The notes under the pieces are model-generated. The model was not told where the DNA came from. It saw nothing but the letters and a program-made list of their open reading frames with translations, and made no database searches. The position numbers were made by a program, and so were the translations under genes. Source: an uncultured Trueperaceae bacterium (GTDB lineage Bacteria > Deinococcota > Deinococci > Deinococcales > Trueperaceae). Taken from it: a stretch of DNA of 64,000 nucleotides. This document shows, piece after piece, positions 1 to 10,833 of this stretch. The first letter of the stretch is position 1, and every line of letters begins with the position of its first letter. Where the stretch lies: the NCBI GenBank assembly GCA_963727505.1, contig CAVSGP010000004.1:384001-448000 (forward strand), given 5' to 3'.

Positions 1-151
1 CCACGTCGAGCGCGGGCGCCCAGCGGCGCAGCAGCGCCGCGGTCGCGGCGCCCATGAGCCCACCGCCCAGGACGACAATGTCGTAGGCCGCCCGCGGCGG
101 CGGCCGATCCGGGGTGGCGCAGACCCGTCCCGGGCGGTTCCCGGTCGTCAT
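1..151 (-). CDS. FAD-dependent oxidoreductase, N-terminal part (truncated by window edge)
   Basis: Hand translation from ATG at 151: MTTGNRPG...YDIVVLGGGLMGAATAALL, a GxGxxG dinucleotide-binding motif; TAGACT -10 box 5 nt upstream. Confidence 0.75.
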   Translation of the reverse strand, partial: MTTGNRPGRVCATPDRPPPRAAYDIVVLGGGLMGAATAALLRRWAPALDV

Positions 152-242
152 ATCGGAGTCTACCGCCGGGCGCGCGGTGGGCCCATGAATGCCGTCTACA
201 GCGCCACGGAAGCGCCCGAAGACGCATGCTAGGCTGACCATC

Positions 243-1160
243 ATGGAGTCACCGATCGACCACGGACGGCTGGGGCTGGTGCTCTCGGGCGGTGGCGCAC
301 GAGGCTTCGCACACATCGGGGTGCTGCGGGTGCTCGAACGCGAGGGGGCCCGCTTCGACGTCATCGCCGGAACCTCGATGGGCGCCATCCTGGGCGCGTT
401 CTACGCCAGCGGCCACCGCGCCGACGACCTCTACCGCCTCGCCGACACCACAAGCTGGCGCGAGGTCGTGGACCTTTCGTTGCAGACCGGCCTGTTCAAG
501 GGCGACCGACTCGAGGCGTTCCTTGCCGACCACCTGCCCGCCACCTTCGACCGGCTCGACGTGCCGCTCGCCGTGACCACGACCGACATCGAGACCGGCG
601 AGGGAGTCGTTCACATGGAGGGCGATCTCGTGCGCGCGGTGCGTGCCTCGAGCAGCTTCCCCGGAGCCTTCGAGCCGATCCAGTTCCAGGGGCGCACGCT
701 GGCCGACGGCGGGATCGTCAACAACCTGCCGGTGGGGGCCGCCACCCTGCTCGGCGCCACGCGCTGCATCGCCTCGGACGTCACCGCCCCGCGCCGCTCC
801 GTCTACGCGTCGGCGCCCAATGACGGCAACTGGTGGGAGCGGATGGTCCAGACCGTGCGACTCGAGCGCCGCACGCCCATGGCGCAGATGCTGTTCCGCA
901 CGAGCGACATCACGCAGGCCATCCTGGTCGACATCCAGTACAGCCTTCATCCGGCCGATCTTCGCATCCGACTCGACATGCCCGAGGTGCGCATGGAGTC
1001 CTTCCGCGACTTCCGCAAGATCGTGAGTTACGGGGAGGAGACCGCGGAACGCGCGCTGGACGCAGTCGGCGGGCTGGACGCCCTGCTCGCGCCACCGCGC
1101 TCCGATACGCCCGAGCGCACGGTGACCAGGCCCCGCGACCCGAGCCCCCGCACCCGCTGA
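243..1160 (+). CDS. Patatin-like phospholipase
   Basis: GGGARG, GTSMG and DGG motifs; ATG 243 lies 7 nt after TAGGCT. Confidence 0.9.
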   Translation: MESPIDHGRLGLVLSGGGARGFAHIGVLRVLEREGARFDVIAGTSMGAILGAFYASGHRADDLYRLADTTSWREVVDLSLQTGLFKGDRLEAFLADHLPATFDRLDVPLAVTTTDIETGEGVVHMEGDLVRAVRASSSFPGAFEPIQFQGRTLADGGIVNNLPVGAATLLGATRCIASDVTAPRRSVYASAPNDGNWWERMVQTVRLERRTPMAQMLFRTSDITQAILVDIQYSLHPADLRIRLDMPEVRMESFRDFRKIVSYGEETAERALDAVGGLDALLAPPRSDTPERTVTRPRDPSPRTR

Positions 1161-1216
1161 CCCGAACCGTTCGCAGGCTGCAGACCGGGCTCCTGCACGG
1201 CGTTAGACTGCTCGCC

Positions 1217-1933
1217 GTGAGCCGAGTGAACGGGAAGCCCCCGAACGACGGCGTCCCGTCCGGAGCGGTCGTGACGGCCGGCGGCCGCGCAGCGCGCCCA
1301 GCCGCCGTGCGTTGGCTGACCCTGGGCCTGGCGTCGGTCCTGGTCGGTCTGCTGTTCAGCCTGTTCGTCGCCGGCGTGGTCGTGGTGCACGGTCACTCCA
1401 TGGAGCCCACGCTCCACAACAACGAGCGCGTGCTGGTGCTGCGCACCGGGTCCTGGCTGCACAGGCTGGGATGGGACGCCTTCGAACCCGGCGACATCGT
1501 GTTCTTCCCCGACCCCACGCGCAAGGCGCCAGCGTTCGCCCGCCTGCTGAGCCCGCACCTGCTCATCAAGCGCATCGTGGCCGGGCCGGGCCAACGCGTC
1601 GGCATACGGGCGGGTGTGCTGTACGTCGACGGGCGGGCACGGCCGGAGCGCTACCTCGCCGGCGCGTTCCGAGGCCTCGGCAGCGTGCCGGCGACGCGCG
1701 TCCCGGCAGGTCACGTCTACGTCATGGGGGACAACCGCCGTCCGACGGCATCGTTCGACTCACGCAGGTTCGGGGCCGTGCCGACCGGCTCCATCGAGGG
1801 GCGGGCGATCCTGGTGGTGTGGCCGCTGCTCAGGCGCTCCACCGACGGCTGGAGCTGGAATGTCCGCCTCCTGAACGCACGGCGCGACAGCGCTGCCCCG
1901 CCGGCGACCCGCCGTGCCGCTGCCGCCCGCTGA
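1217..1933 (+). CDS. lepB: Signal peptidase I
   Basis: TM helix, GHSMEPTL (catalytic Ser), LIKRIVA (Lys), GDNR..SFDSRRFG; GTG 1217 lies 7 nt after TAGACT. Confidence 0.88.
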   Translation: MSRVNGKPPNDGVPSGAVVTAGGRAARPAAVRWLTLGLASVLVGLLFSLFVAGVVVVHGHSMEPTLHNNERVLVLRTGSWLHRLGWDAFEPGDIVFFPDPTRKAPAFARLLSPHLLIKRIVAGPGQRVGIRAGVLYVDGRARPERYLAGAFRGLGSVPATRVPAGHVYVMGDNRRPTASFDSRRFGAVPTGSIEGRAILVVWPLLRRSTDGWSWNVRLLNARRDSAAPPATRRAAAAR

Positions 1934-1959
1934 CACCCGATCGACACCCGATCGACACC
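1932..1959. repeat. Short tandem repeat, 11-bp unit GACACCCGATC, about 2.5 copies
   Basis: Units at 1932-1942, 1943-1953 and partial 1954-1959, between convergent genes. Confidence 0.8.
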
Positions 1960-1986
1960 GAGGACGGCCGGCGGTCGGGCGCCGCG

Positions 1987-2580
1987 CTAGCCCGCCTCGG
2001 ACAGCCGCCCGTCAAGACCGAGCGCGTCGGCGCGCTCCTGCATGGCGGCCAGCACGAAGCCCACGTGATCCCACAACTCGACGCCGAGCTCCGATGCGCC
2101 GACACGTACGTCCTCACGGTTGACGCCGCGCGCGAAGGCCTTGTCCTTGAACTTCTTCTTGAGGCTCTTGACCGTCTGGTTGGCGATGTCGCGGTCCGGG
2201 CGCACCAGCACCGCCGCCGTGATGAGCCCGGTGATCTCGTCGCAGGCGAAGAGGGTGCGGGCGAGCGGCGTGCGGCGCGGCACGCCGGTGTAGTCGGCAT
2301 GGCCGAGGATGGCGTCCGTCACCACCTCGGGGTAACCGAGCTCCTTCAGCTTCGCGACCCCCACCCAGGGATGACCGCTCGCGTCCCGGTCGGGATTGGG
2401 ATAGCGCTCGTAGTCGAAATCGTGGAGGATCGCAGCGACCGACCACAGCGTCTCGTCCTCGCCCTGGGCGCGAGCGTAGGCGGCCACCGCCGCCTCCACC
2501 GCCAGCATGTGCTTGCGGAGGCTGTCCGACTCCGTCCAGGACTCCATCAACGCAAGGGCATCGTCACGTGTCGGCGTCAT
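1987..2580 (-). CDS. HD-domain (HDIG-like) phosphohydrolase
   Basis: MTPTRDDALAL..RKHMLAVE..ILHDFDYE..ILGH..ACDE; TACACT 5 nt upstream of ATG. Confidence 0.85.
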   Translation of the reverse strand: MTPTRDDALALMESWTESDSLRKHMLAVEAAVAAYARAQGEDETLWSVAAILHDFDYERYPNPDRDASGHPWVGVAKLKELGYPEVVTDAILGHADYTGVPRRTPLARTLFACDEITGLITAAVLVRPDRDIANQTVKSLKKKFKDKAFARGVNREDVRVGASELGVELWDHVGFVLAAMQERADALGLDGRLSEAG

Positions 2581-2627
2581 GCGCCAGTGTAACCGAGCCC
2601 TCCGCCGAGCCCCCGTATACTCGCGCC

Positions 2628-3320
<693 letters not shown>

Positions 3321-3361
3321 CCTCGCGCCGCGGACGAGCCGGCCGTGGCGCGCCCGCCGCG

Positions 3362-5902
3362 TCAGGCCCAGCGCACCGCGTGCGCGTCCACCGGCGTGGC
3401 CAGGAGCGGGTGCACCGCGTAGGCGCGCACGCCGTACGCCAGCCGCCCGCTCGCGTCGGGCCGGAACCGCACCTGGTAGTGCGTCCCGCCGTCCGAAAAA
3501 GCGTCGACCTTGCTCATGGGCACCACGTGAAGGTTGCGCTGGAGGGCATCCTCCTCGGGGCTGTAGACCACCTCGACCCGGATCTCGTCGTCCGACAGAC
3601 CCCGCGGGTTGAGAACAGCACTCACCTCGAGCTCCTCACCGATGCGGCGGAGCTGGCCCTCGACCGGCTCGGCGCTGAAGTACACCTCGGGCCACTGATC
3701 GGCCACGTGCTTCTTCCACGCGGCCAGCTCGGTCGCCTTGCGGTAGCCGTTCGCCGCCATCGCCTCACCGCGTCGCGCTGCCGGCGCGTAGTACGTGGAC
3801 ACGTAGTCCTTCACCATGCGCTGCGCGTTGAAACGCGGCGCCACCGTGGCGATCGCCTCCTTGACGCGCGTCAGCCAGTCGAGGGGAACGCCGTTGCCGT
3901 CACGGCGATAGTAGAGCGGGATCAGCTCACGCTCCAGGATGGCGTACAGCGCGTCGGCGTCCTCGGCGTCGGCCCGTTCGTCGTCCTCGAAGGTGCGCGC
4001 CCCGCCGATGGCCCAGCCGTTGGTGCCGTCGTAGCCCTCGGGCCACCAGCCATCGAGGATGGAGAGGTTCAGGATGCCGTTCATGGCTGCCTTCTGGCCG
4101 CTCGTGCCCGAGGCCTCCAGGGGCCGGCGTGGATTGTTGAGCCACACGTCCACGCCGCGCGTAAGGGCCCGCCCGATCGCCATGTCGTAGTCCTCCACGA
4201 AGAGGATGCGCCCGGCGAAGCGGGGGTCTTTCGAGAGGTTGTGGATGTGCGCGATGAGCGCCTGTCCCGCCTCGTCCGCCGGGTGCGCCTTGCCTGAGAA
4301 CACCAGCTGCACGGGCCGATCGGGATCGCCGAGGATGCGCTCGAGCCTGTCCAGGTCGCGAAAGATCAGGGTGGCACGCTTGTAGGTGGCGAAGCGCCGC
4401 GCGAACCCGATGGTGAGCGCTCCCGCGTCGAAGAGCTGGCCGGTGTCCTTGAGGGCGGTGGGGCTGGCCTCATGGCGGTCGAGCTGGCGCAGCACACGCC
4501 GGCGCAGGAACCGCACGCTCTGTGCCTTCAGGCTCTGCCGCACCTTCCACAGCGCGCCGTCGTCGAGTTCGCGCACGCCGTCCCACATAGCGAGGTCGTC
4601 GAAGCGCTCGGGCCAGTCCTCCGGCAGCACCGTCCCCAGCAGATCCTGCACCTCAGGCGCCATCCAGCTCGACAGATGCACGCCGTTGGTGACGTGGCGA
4701 ATCGGGATCTCGTCGACCGGCACGTCGGGCCACAGGTCGTTCCAGATGCGCCGGCTGGTCTCGCCGTGCAGTCGTGCGACGCCGTTGCGCCCGGACGAGA
4801 AACGCAGAGCCAGCGCCGGCATGCTGAACACCGCCCCCCAGCCGTGGTCGGCCTTGCCGAGCTCATGGAACTCCTGCTGCTTGAGGCCAAGGCTCCCCCA
4901 GAAGCCGCCGAAGCCCTGGTTCACGAGATCGAACGGGAAGGCGTCGTTGCCGGCAGCGACCGGGGTGTGCACCGTGAACAGGGTGTTGGCGGTGACCACT
5001 TCCCTCGCCTGCGCGAACGACAGGCCGTCGGCCACCAGCTCGCGGCAGCGCTCCAGCACCATGAAGGCGCTGTGCCCCTCGTTCATGTGCCAGGCGCTGG
5101 GGCTCACACCGAGGGCGCGCAGCATACGCACGCCGCCGACGCCAAGGATGATCTCCTGCGCCACGCGGGTGCGCTGATCGCCGCCGTAGAGCCGCCGCAA
5201 GATCTGCCGGTCGTCGGCGTGGTTGTCGCCGAAGTCGACGTCGAGCAGGTAGACCCGGGCGCGCCCCGCGCGGACCGTCCAGGCGCGCAACGCGACCTCG
5301 CGCCCGAACACTTCGACGCGCGCGGTCACCGGCTCCCCTTCGCCGTCAACGGCTAGCGTCAAGGGCAGGTCGGCGGGACTGTGCCGTACGTACACCGCCT
5401 CCTGCCGGCCGTCGCTGGCTACCCGTTGGTGGAAGTAACCCTCCGGGTAGAAGAGTCCCACCGCGACCAGGGGCACGCCGAGGTCGGAGGCGGCCTTGGT
5501 GTGATCGCCGGCGAGCACGCCGAGGCCCCCCGAGTACAAGGCGACAGCCTCGTGCCAGCCGTACTCCGCGCAGAAGTAGGCGTAGAGGTCGTCCGGTTGC
5601 CCGATGTGGTGCTGGAACCAGCTCGGCGCGGAGAGGTAGGCGTCGAAGCGCTCGACCACCCTCGCGTAGGCCTCCAGGTACTCCGGGTCGGCTGCGGCGG
5701 CGTCCAGGCGCTCCTGGCCGATGTCACGGATCAGCACGATGGGGTTGTGGTTCGACGCCTCCCAGAGCTCGCGATCGAGCTGCCGGAAGAGGCGGCGAGC
5801 GTCGGGCTCCCACGTCCAGTACAGGTTGTGCGCCAGGTCCTCGAGGCGTTGGATAGGCTCGGGTATGCGGGGAAGTACGGTGATGTGTCCAAGTATGTTC
5901 AT
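3362..5902 (-). CDS. glgP: Alpha-glucan (glycogen/maltodextrin) phosphorylase
   Basis: YSGGLGVLAGDH, HMNEGH, ARRFATYKR and PLP-lysine motif EASGTSGQKAAMNG. Confidence 0.95.
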   Translation of the reverse strand: MNILGHITVLPRIPEPIQRLEDLAHNLYWTWEPDARRLFRQLDRELWEASNHNPIVLIRDIGQERLDAAAADPEYLEAYARVVERFDAYLSAPSWFQHHIGQPDDLYAYFCAEYGWHEAVALYSGGLGVLAGDHTKAASDLGVPLVAVGLFYPEGYFHQRVASDGRQEAVYVRHSPADLPLTLAVDGEGEPVTARVEVFGREVALRAWTVRAGRARVYLLDVDFGDNHADDRQILRRLYGGDQRTRVAQEIILGVGGVRMLRALGVSPSAWHMNEGHSAFMVLERCRELVADGLSFAQAREVVTANTLFTVHTPVAAGNDAFPFDLVNQGFGGFWGSLGLKQQEFHELGKADHGWGAVFSMPALALRFSSGRNGVARLHGETSRRIWNDLWPDVPVDEIPIRHVTNGVHLSSWMAPEVQDLLGTVLPEDWPERFDDLAMWDGVRELDDGALWKVRQSLKAQSVRFLRRRVLRQLDRHEASPTALKDTGQLFDAGALTIGFARRFATYKRATLIFRDLDRLERILGDPDRPVQLVFSGKAHPADEAGQALIAHIHNLSKDPRFAGRILFVEDYDMAIGRALTRGVDVWLNNPRRPLEASGTSGQKAAMNGILNLSILDGWWPEGYDGTNGWAIGGARTFEDDERADAEDADALYAILERELIPLYYRRDGNGVPLDWLTRVKEAIATVAPRFNAQRMVKDYVSTYYAPAARRGEAMAANGYRKATELAAWKKHVADQWPEVYFSAEPVEGQLRRIGEELEVSAVLNPRGLSDDEIRVEVVYSPEEDALQRNLHVVPMSKVDAFSDGGTHYQVRFRPDASGRLAYGVRAYAVHPLLATPVDAHAVRWA

Positions 5903-6050
5903 GGGTAGGGGGGGACTTCCCGGAAGCGGGAATCGCCGATCAGTCTAGCACCCGGCCCCGGTCGCTCCGGAAGGGGCTGGCCTACACGCCGCCCGCCGTG
6001 GCGGGCCCGCCACTGGCCTCGGCGCCCGCTCAGGAGGCACACTGGAGTCC

Positions 6051-7022
6051 ATGGCACGCGCCCCCCGCTTCCTTCCTCGCCTCGCGTTCGCAGCCCTTCT
6101 CCTCGCGCTCGCCGTGCCCGCGGCGGCCCGCGCCCAGACGCTGCGCCTCGGCGTGGCCGTCGGCGACCCCGGCATCGCCCCGCGGGCGTCGCTACGCGTG
6201 GAGAACGCCCGCGTCGGAAGCAGCCGCGTGATGCTCGGCCTTGCCTACGACGGCGCCGCTCAGCTCGATCTGGGGATGCAGGCGAACGAGACCTTCGGCC
6301 CACTGGGCAACGTCGTCGGGGAGGCAACGATGGCGCTGCGGACCGACGGCGCTGTTCAGGGCGCGCTCGGCGTGCGCGGCGTGCTGGGCCCGGTGGCCTT
6401 GGGCGTTCGGCTGTCGGGCTTCACGGATCCACCCGAGCGCTTCGACCCGCGGATGGTGGCCGGCGCCACGCGCCCCACCTTCGCCGCCGGGGGCTGGGGC
6501 CTGGCGCTCGACGCCAGCGGCCGCCCCGCTCGATCGTGGATCGTGGAGGCGAGCCCGCAGCTCTACCTGCTCCCAACCGGCGCTGCCTGGCGCGCCGACG
6601 CCCGCCTGCGCCGGCTGCGCGCCATCGGCCCGCACGAGCTGTCGCTCCGCCTCCGGGGCTACTTGCCGCCGGGAGCCGGCGGCGACGCCGCCGTCGGGCT
6701 GGGGTTCACCTACCACCGGCGCCGTGCGCCCGACCTCGACGGAGCGCTCTACCTGGGGGTGGGAGCGAGCGGCTTCGCCCCCGGCGCCACGGCATCGCTG
6801 TCACAAGCGCTGGGTCCGGTGCAGGCCACCCTCGGGGTGGACGCCGAACCGTACCGGCGCGACGTGCCCCCCTACCGCGCACACCTCGACCTGTCCTTCG
6901 ATCTGGGAGCGGGGAACGCCACCGTGAGCGGGGCGGCCGCTTCGGGTCCGGGCGGGTCGTCGGCAGTGCTGGCCCTGAGCTACGCACTGGCCGTCGCGCT
7001 GCCGAGAGCGCCTGCACCGTAG
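6051..7022 (+). CDS. Hypothetical exported protein, possibly outer-membrane beta-strand rich
   Basis: Signal peptide ending AAARA; alternating hydrophobic pattern; no recognised family. Confidence 0.65.
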   Translation: MARAPRFLPRLAFAALLLALAVPAAARAQTLRLGVAVGDPGIAPRASLRVENARVGSSRVMLGLAYDGAAQLDLGMQANETFGPLGNVVGEATMALRTDGAVQGALGVRGVLGPVALGVRLSGFTDPPERFDPRMVAGATRPTFAAGGWGLALDASGRPARSWIVEASPQLYLLPTGAAWRADARLRRLRAIGPHELSLRLRGYLPPGAGGDAAVGLGFTYHRRRAPDLDGALYLGVGASGFAPGATASLSQALGPVQATLGVDAEPYRRDVPPYRAHLDLSFDLGAGNATVSGAAASGPGGSSAVLALSYALAVALPRAPAP

Positions 7023-7055
7023 GCAACGCGGCGAGGGCGCGACCCTGGGCCGCGA

Positions 7056-8162
7056 TCAGCGCGGAACGGCGATCAGCTCACCGCTGTTGAGATCGAGGCG
7101 GAACACGCCATGCTCCGGGACCGCCCGCAGCACCTTGGTGGAGCCGTCGGGGCCGCGCAGCTCGAAGGTGTGCAACCCCGGCTGCAGGCTCACGGCGAAG
7201 CCGCCGTTCTGAACGACACCGTCGATCGACACTACCTGCGCGCGGCTCTCCGACCAGAACACCAGCGGGTCGCTCACCGGTTTGAGCGTCACAGCGACGC
7301 GGGTGACGCGGTAGTTCCTCACCAGGACAGCGAAGCTCTCGGCGTCGAAACCCGAGCGCTCGAGCCTGACCGTGTGGTTGCCGGGCAGTGCGGGCAGCGT
7401 CAGCGGCGTCATCCCCTCGCGCGCGCCGTCGAGGAACACACGCGCCTCGGGCTTGGCCGAAAGCTGGATGCTGCCGCCCGAGATGGCGGTGAGGATGACG
7501 TGCACGAAGCTGGTGTCGTCAGCACGGATCTCGACCGAGCGCGTCTCGGGGAGGAAGCCCTCCTTGCGGACCTCGAGGTCGTGGCGTCCGGGCTCGAGCA
7601 TCAGCACGTCGAGCTTCGAGGTGCGCCCCACCGCCACCCCGTCGAGGAACACCTCGGCGTCCCCCGGCTCGCTGGAGATGAAGAGCCCGGCGCTGCCCTT
7701 CGGAAGGCTCACGGCCGCGCCCGTGAAGCCGGCGACGGCGGCGGCGAGCGCTTCGGCAGTGCCGTCGACGGCACTCGGCTGCAAAGGCCGGCTGATGAGG
7801 TCGGTGTTGCGCTTGCGCTGCGCGTCCACCACGATGAGGTTCACGGTGTAGGGCTCGCCGCCCTGCACCTGGCTCCGCGCGATCTCGCCGGACACCGCGT
7901 AGCGCGCGTTATCGAGCTCCGCGATGAGCATGGCGAACTCCGGCTCGAGGCTGCCCGCGATGCCGGGCGTGATGAGCTCTCCGGTCCTCACGCTCAAGCC
8001 GGTGGCCTGGGCGATCGCCTGCCTCAGGGCCGGCATGAAGCTGTCGACCACCTCCGCGGGTACGCCGCCCCGGGTGCCGAAGGTCGGCACCGAGATCTGT
8101 GCCGCGGCCGAGGACAGCAACGCCAGCAACGCCGCCAGCGCAAGCACCCGCAGGCTCCGCAC
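7056..8162 (-). CDS. Exported PEGA-domain protein
   Basis: Signal peptide (SAAA-Q); PEGA repeats SSEPGDAEVFLDG..GRT..PGRHDLEVRKEGF and PEARVFLDG..TPL; start codon approximate. Confidence 0.82.
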   Translation of the reverse strand: MRSLRVLALAALLALLSSAAAQISVPTFGTRGGVPAEVVDSFMPALRQAIAQATGLSVRTGELITPGIAGSLEPEFAMLIAELDNARYAVSGEIARSQVQGGEPYTVNLIVVDAQRKRNTDLISRPLQPSAVDGTAEALAAAVAGFTGAAVSLPKGSAGLFISSEPGDAEVFLDGVAVGRTSKLDVLMLEPGRHDLEVRKEGFLPETRSVEIRADDTSFVHVILTAISGGSIQLSAKPEARVFLDGAREGMTPLTLPALPGNHTVRLERSGFDAESFAVLVRNYRVTRVAVTLKPVSDPLVFWSESRAQVVSIDGVVQNGGFAVSLQPGLHTFELRGPDGSTKVLRAVPEHGVFRLDLNSGELIAVPR

Positions 8163-8338
8163 GCCGACCACGCCCGCTCCCGCGGCCGCTCGCGTACAGG
8201 GATGAAGCCAACAGGAACGACGTCGCTCGGCCAGAAGCCCGCGGCGCTGGGACGGGCTGTGCATCGCCTCAGTATAGCCCTGCGCGTCGTCCCTTCTCCT
8301 GTCGGAACGGGGACGGCGGAATGGTATCCTCAGCGCAC

Positions 8339-9097
8339 ATGCGGCATCTGGTCTTGAGCGACGTGCACGCCAACGCTCCCGCGCTCGAGGCGGTGTTGCG
8401 CCACGCCGACTACCGCGGCTACGACGACGTGCTGTTCCTGGGCGATGCCGTGGGCTACTATCCCGACGCCGAGAAGGTGGTCGCGCTTCTGCGCTCGTTG
8501 AAGCCCAGGGCGAGCATCCTGGGCAACCACGACGCCGCGTTGCTCGCCATGGCGGGCGGGCAGAACGCCGGCCACCGCGAGGAGGGTGTCGTCACCGAGG
8601 TGTTGGCCAAGCAGCTCCCCATGCTCTCCGACGACAGCCTGCAGTTCCTCCAGGAGCTCCAGGACCACGTCGTGGACGAAGGCTGGGAGGCGGCGCACGG
8701 GGCGCTGCGCAACCCCTGGGAGTACCTCGCCACCGTTCAGAGCGCGCAGGCCAACTTCCCTCTGCTCGAGCAGCAAGTGTGCCTGGTGGGCCACACCCAC
8801 GTCCCCAAGGTCTTCGCCGCCGTCGAGACGGAGGCCGGTCCCATGTGGCGCACGGTCCAGTTCCGGCAGGAGCGCACGCTCTACCGCATCCCCCCGCGCG
8901 CCCGCCTGTTCGTCAACCCGGGCTCCGTTGGACAACCACGTGACGGCATCCCCCTGGCCGCCTACGCCCTCTTCGACGACGCGGCGAGCACCTTCGAGCT
9001 GTTCCGGGTGGAGTTCGACATCCTCGCGGCGCAGCAGTCGGTCCGCTCGGCGGGCTATCCCGAAGTCCTGGCGGCGCGACTGGCGGTGGGCCGCTGA
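8339..9097 (+). CDS. Metallophosphoesterase (calcineurin-like)
   Basis: SDVHAN, GDAVGY, GNHD, GHTH, NPGSVGQPRDG. Confidence 0.9.
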   Translation: MRHLVLSDVHANAPALEAVLRHADYRGYDDVLFLGDAVGYYPDAEKVVALLRSLKPRASILGNHDAALLAMAGGQNAGHREEGVVTEVLAKQLPMLSDDSLQFLQELQDHVVDEGWEAAHGALRNPWEYLATVQSAQANFPLLEQQVCLVGHTHVPKVFAAVETEAGPMWRTVQFRQERTLYRIPPRARLFVNPGSVGQPRDGIPLAAYALFDDAASTFELFRVEFDILAAQQSVRSAGYPEVLAARLAVGR

Positions 9098-10026
9098 ACG
9101 CTGCCCAGGACATCCTCGGGCACCACTCGGCCCGCGAGTCCCTACGGAGCCTGTACCGCACCGAGGGTCCGCACACCCTGCTCCTGGCCGGTCCCGACGG
9201 GGTGGGGCGGCGTCCCGTGGCGCGCTGGCTTGCCGCAGCGCTCAACTGCGAGGCACCCGACGCCGCGGCCCGCCCCTGCGGGCACTGTTCGAGCTGCCGA
9301 GCGCAGGCGGCGGGCGAACACCCCGACGTGCGCGAGGTGACGCCCTCGCAGACCACACGCAGCGGGCGGCAGCGCCGCCAGCTCGAGATCACCATCGATC
9401 AGCTCGTGACCAGGCCCAACGCCGACCCGGACCCGCTGGGCCCGTGGCTGGAGCATCGCCCCCGCTTCGCGCGCCGTGTCGGGATCATCGACCACGCCGA
9501 AGCGCTCAACGCCAGTGCCGCCAACGCGTTCCTGAAGATGCTGGAGGAACCGCCTCCTTGGGCCGTGATCGTGCTGGTCGCCACCGGCCCCGACGCCCTG
9601 CTCCCCACCGTCGCCTCTCGCTGCGCCACCGTGCGACTGGGCGCGGTCGACGTCAGCTCCTTCGCCGATCTCGAACGGCATCCGGGGTTCCGGCTCGGCC
9701 TACCGGGCCCGCTCGTGCGGGCACGCGAAGAAGAAACCGACTACCGCGCGCTGCAAGACGACGTCGACCGGCTGATCGACGCGCTCGACGGCGAACTCCG
9801 GGAAGCTATCGACGCCGCCGAGGCGCTCGCCAAACGCCTGGACCGCAGCGAGGTCGTCGCACCGATGGCGCTGCTGCGCGAGGCGCTGCGCAAGGCTCCA
9901 CCGTCGGCCTACGCCGCGGCGCTCGACGCTGTGGAACGCTGCGAGAACGCGCTCGAGGCCTACGTCAGCCCGCCGCTCGCCCTCGTCGCACTGGCGCTCG
10001 ATCTGCGCGCCGCGCTCCGCAGGTAG
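9094..10026 (+). CDS. holB: DNA polymerase III delta-prime subunit (probable CTG start)
   Basis: ILGH..LLLAGPDGVGRR, C..CGHCSSC zinc motif, HPD, AANAFLKMLEEPP, LPTVASRC; frame is open upstream of the track start to CTG 9094. Confidence 0.85.
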   Translation: MNAAQDILGHHSARESLRSLYRTEGPHTLLLAGPDGVGRRPVARWLAAALNCEAPDAAARPCGHCSSCRAQAAGEHPDVREVTPSQTTRSGRQRRQLEITIDQLVTRPNADPDPLGPWLEHRPRFARRVGIIDHAEALNASAANAFLKMLEEPPPWAVIVLVATGPDALLPTVASRCATVRLGAVDVSSFADLERHPGFRLGLPGPLVRAREEETDYRALQDDVDRLIDALDGELREAIDAAEALAKRLDRSEVVAPMALLREALRKAPPSAYAAALDAVERCENALEAYVSPPLALVALALDLRAALRR

Positions 10027-10038
10027 GGCCCGACCGGG

Positions 10039-10833
10039 TCAGGCGCGCGTGCGGCTGACCTCGGACGCGGGGAACTCCTCCACCGCGCCCTCCTCGGTTC
10101 GAAGATCGACCGTGCCCTTGAGCGGATTCAGCTTGACGACCCGTCCGCAGGTGCCGCTCTCGTCGTGGCAGGCCCGCCCGCCTTTCTTGGGCATGCCCTT
10201 GAGAAGCTCGCGGTACATGTCGTGCTCGTACTGCAAGCAGCACATCAGGCGCCCGCACGGCCCGCTGATCTTCTCGGGGTTCAGCGGGAGCTGCTGGTCC
10301 CGCGCCATACGGATACTGACGGCGCTGAAGCTCTGCAACCAGGTCGAGCTGCACGAGGCGTCACCGCACGCCCCGAGGGTACCCAGGATGCGGGCCTGGT
10401 CTCGGGGTCCGACGTTGTTGAACTCGATGCGGGCCCGGGTGTGCTGGATGAGCTCCTGCGCCAGCACCCGGAGCGGCGGGTGTTCCTCAGCCGAGTAGCT
10501 CACCAGCATCAACTCCTCGTCGATGGTGAACTCGGCCGCCACGATCTTGACGTCCGCCCCGTTCTGGCGGGCTCTTGCCCGCAGGAGCCACTTGAGGTCG
10601 TCGGCCCGGCGCCTCAGCTCGTCGTAACGGTGCATGTCGTCCTCGAGAGCGTCGCGCACGTAGTGGCCGTGCGCCTTGGAGACGTCCCGCGGCTCCGTGC
10701 GCACGCGCCCCAGCTCCAGCCCGCGACGGGTGCTCACCACGCAGCGAGTGCCCACCTGCGGTGGGGTCGGCGGCGCCTCCATGTAGTGGATCTTCGGTCC
10801 GTTGTCGAACTTCACACCGATGCACTCGGGCAT
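10039..10833 (-). CDS. PSP1-domain protein (YaaT/RicT family)
   Basis: VGPRDQARILG..ACG...CS, IRMARDQQLPLNPEKISGPCGRLMCCLQYE; RBS GAGAGG before ATG. Confidence 0.9.
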   Translation of the reverse strand: MPECIGVKFDNGPKIHYMEAPPTPPQVGTRCVVSTRRGLELGRVRTEPRDVSKAHGHYVRDALEDDMHRYDELRRRADDLKWLLRARARQNGADVKIVAAEFTIDEELMLVSYSAEEHPPLRVLAQELIQHTRARIEFNNVGPRDQARILGTLGACGDASCSSTWLQSFSAVSIRMARDQQLPLNPEKISGPCGRLMCCLQYEHDMYRELLKGMPKKGGRACHDESGTCGRVVKLNPLKGTVDLRTEEGAVEEFPASEVSRTRA

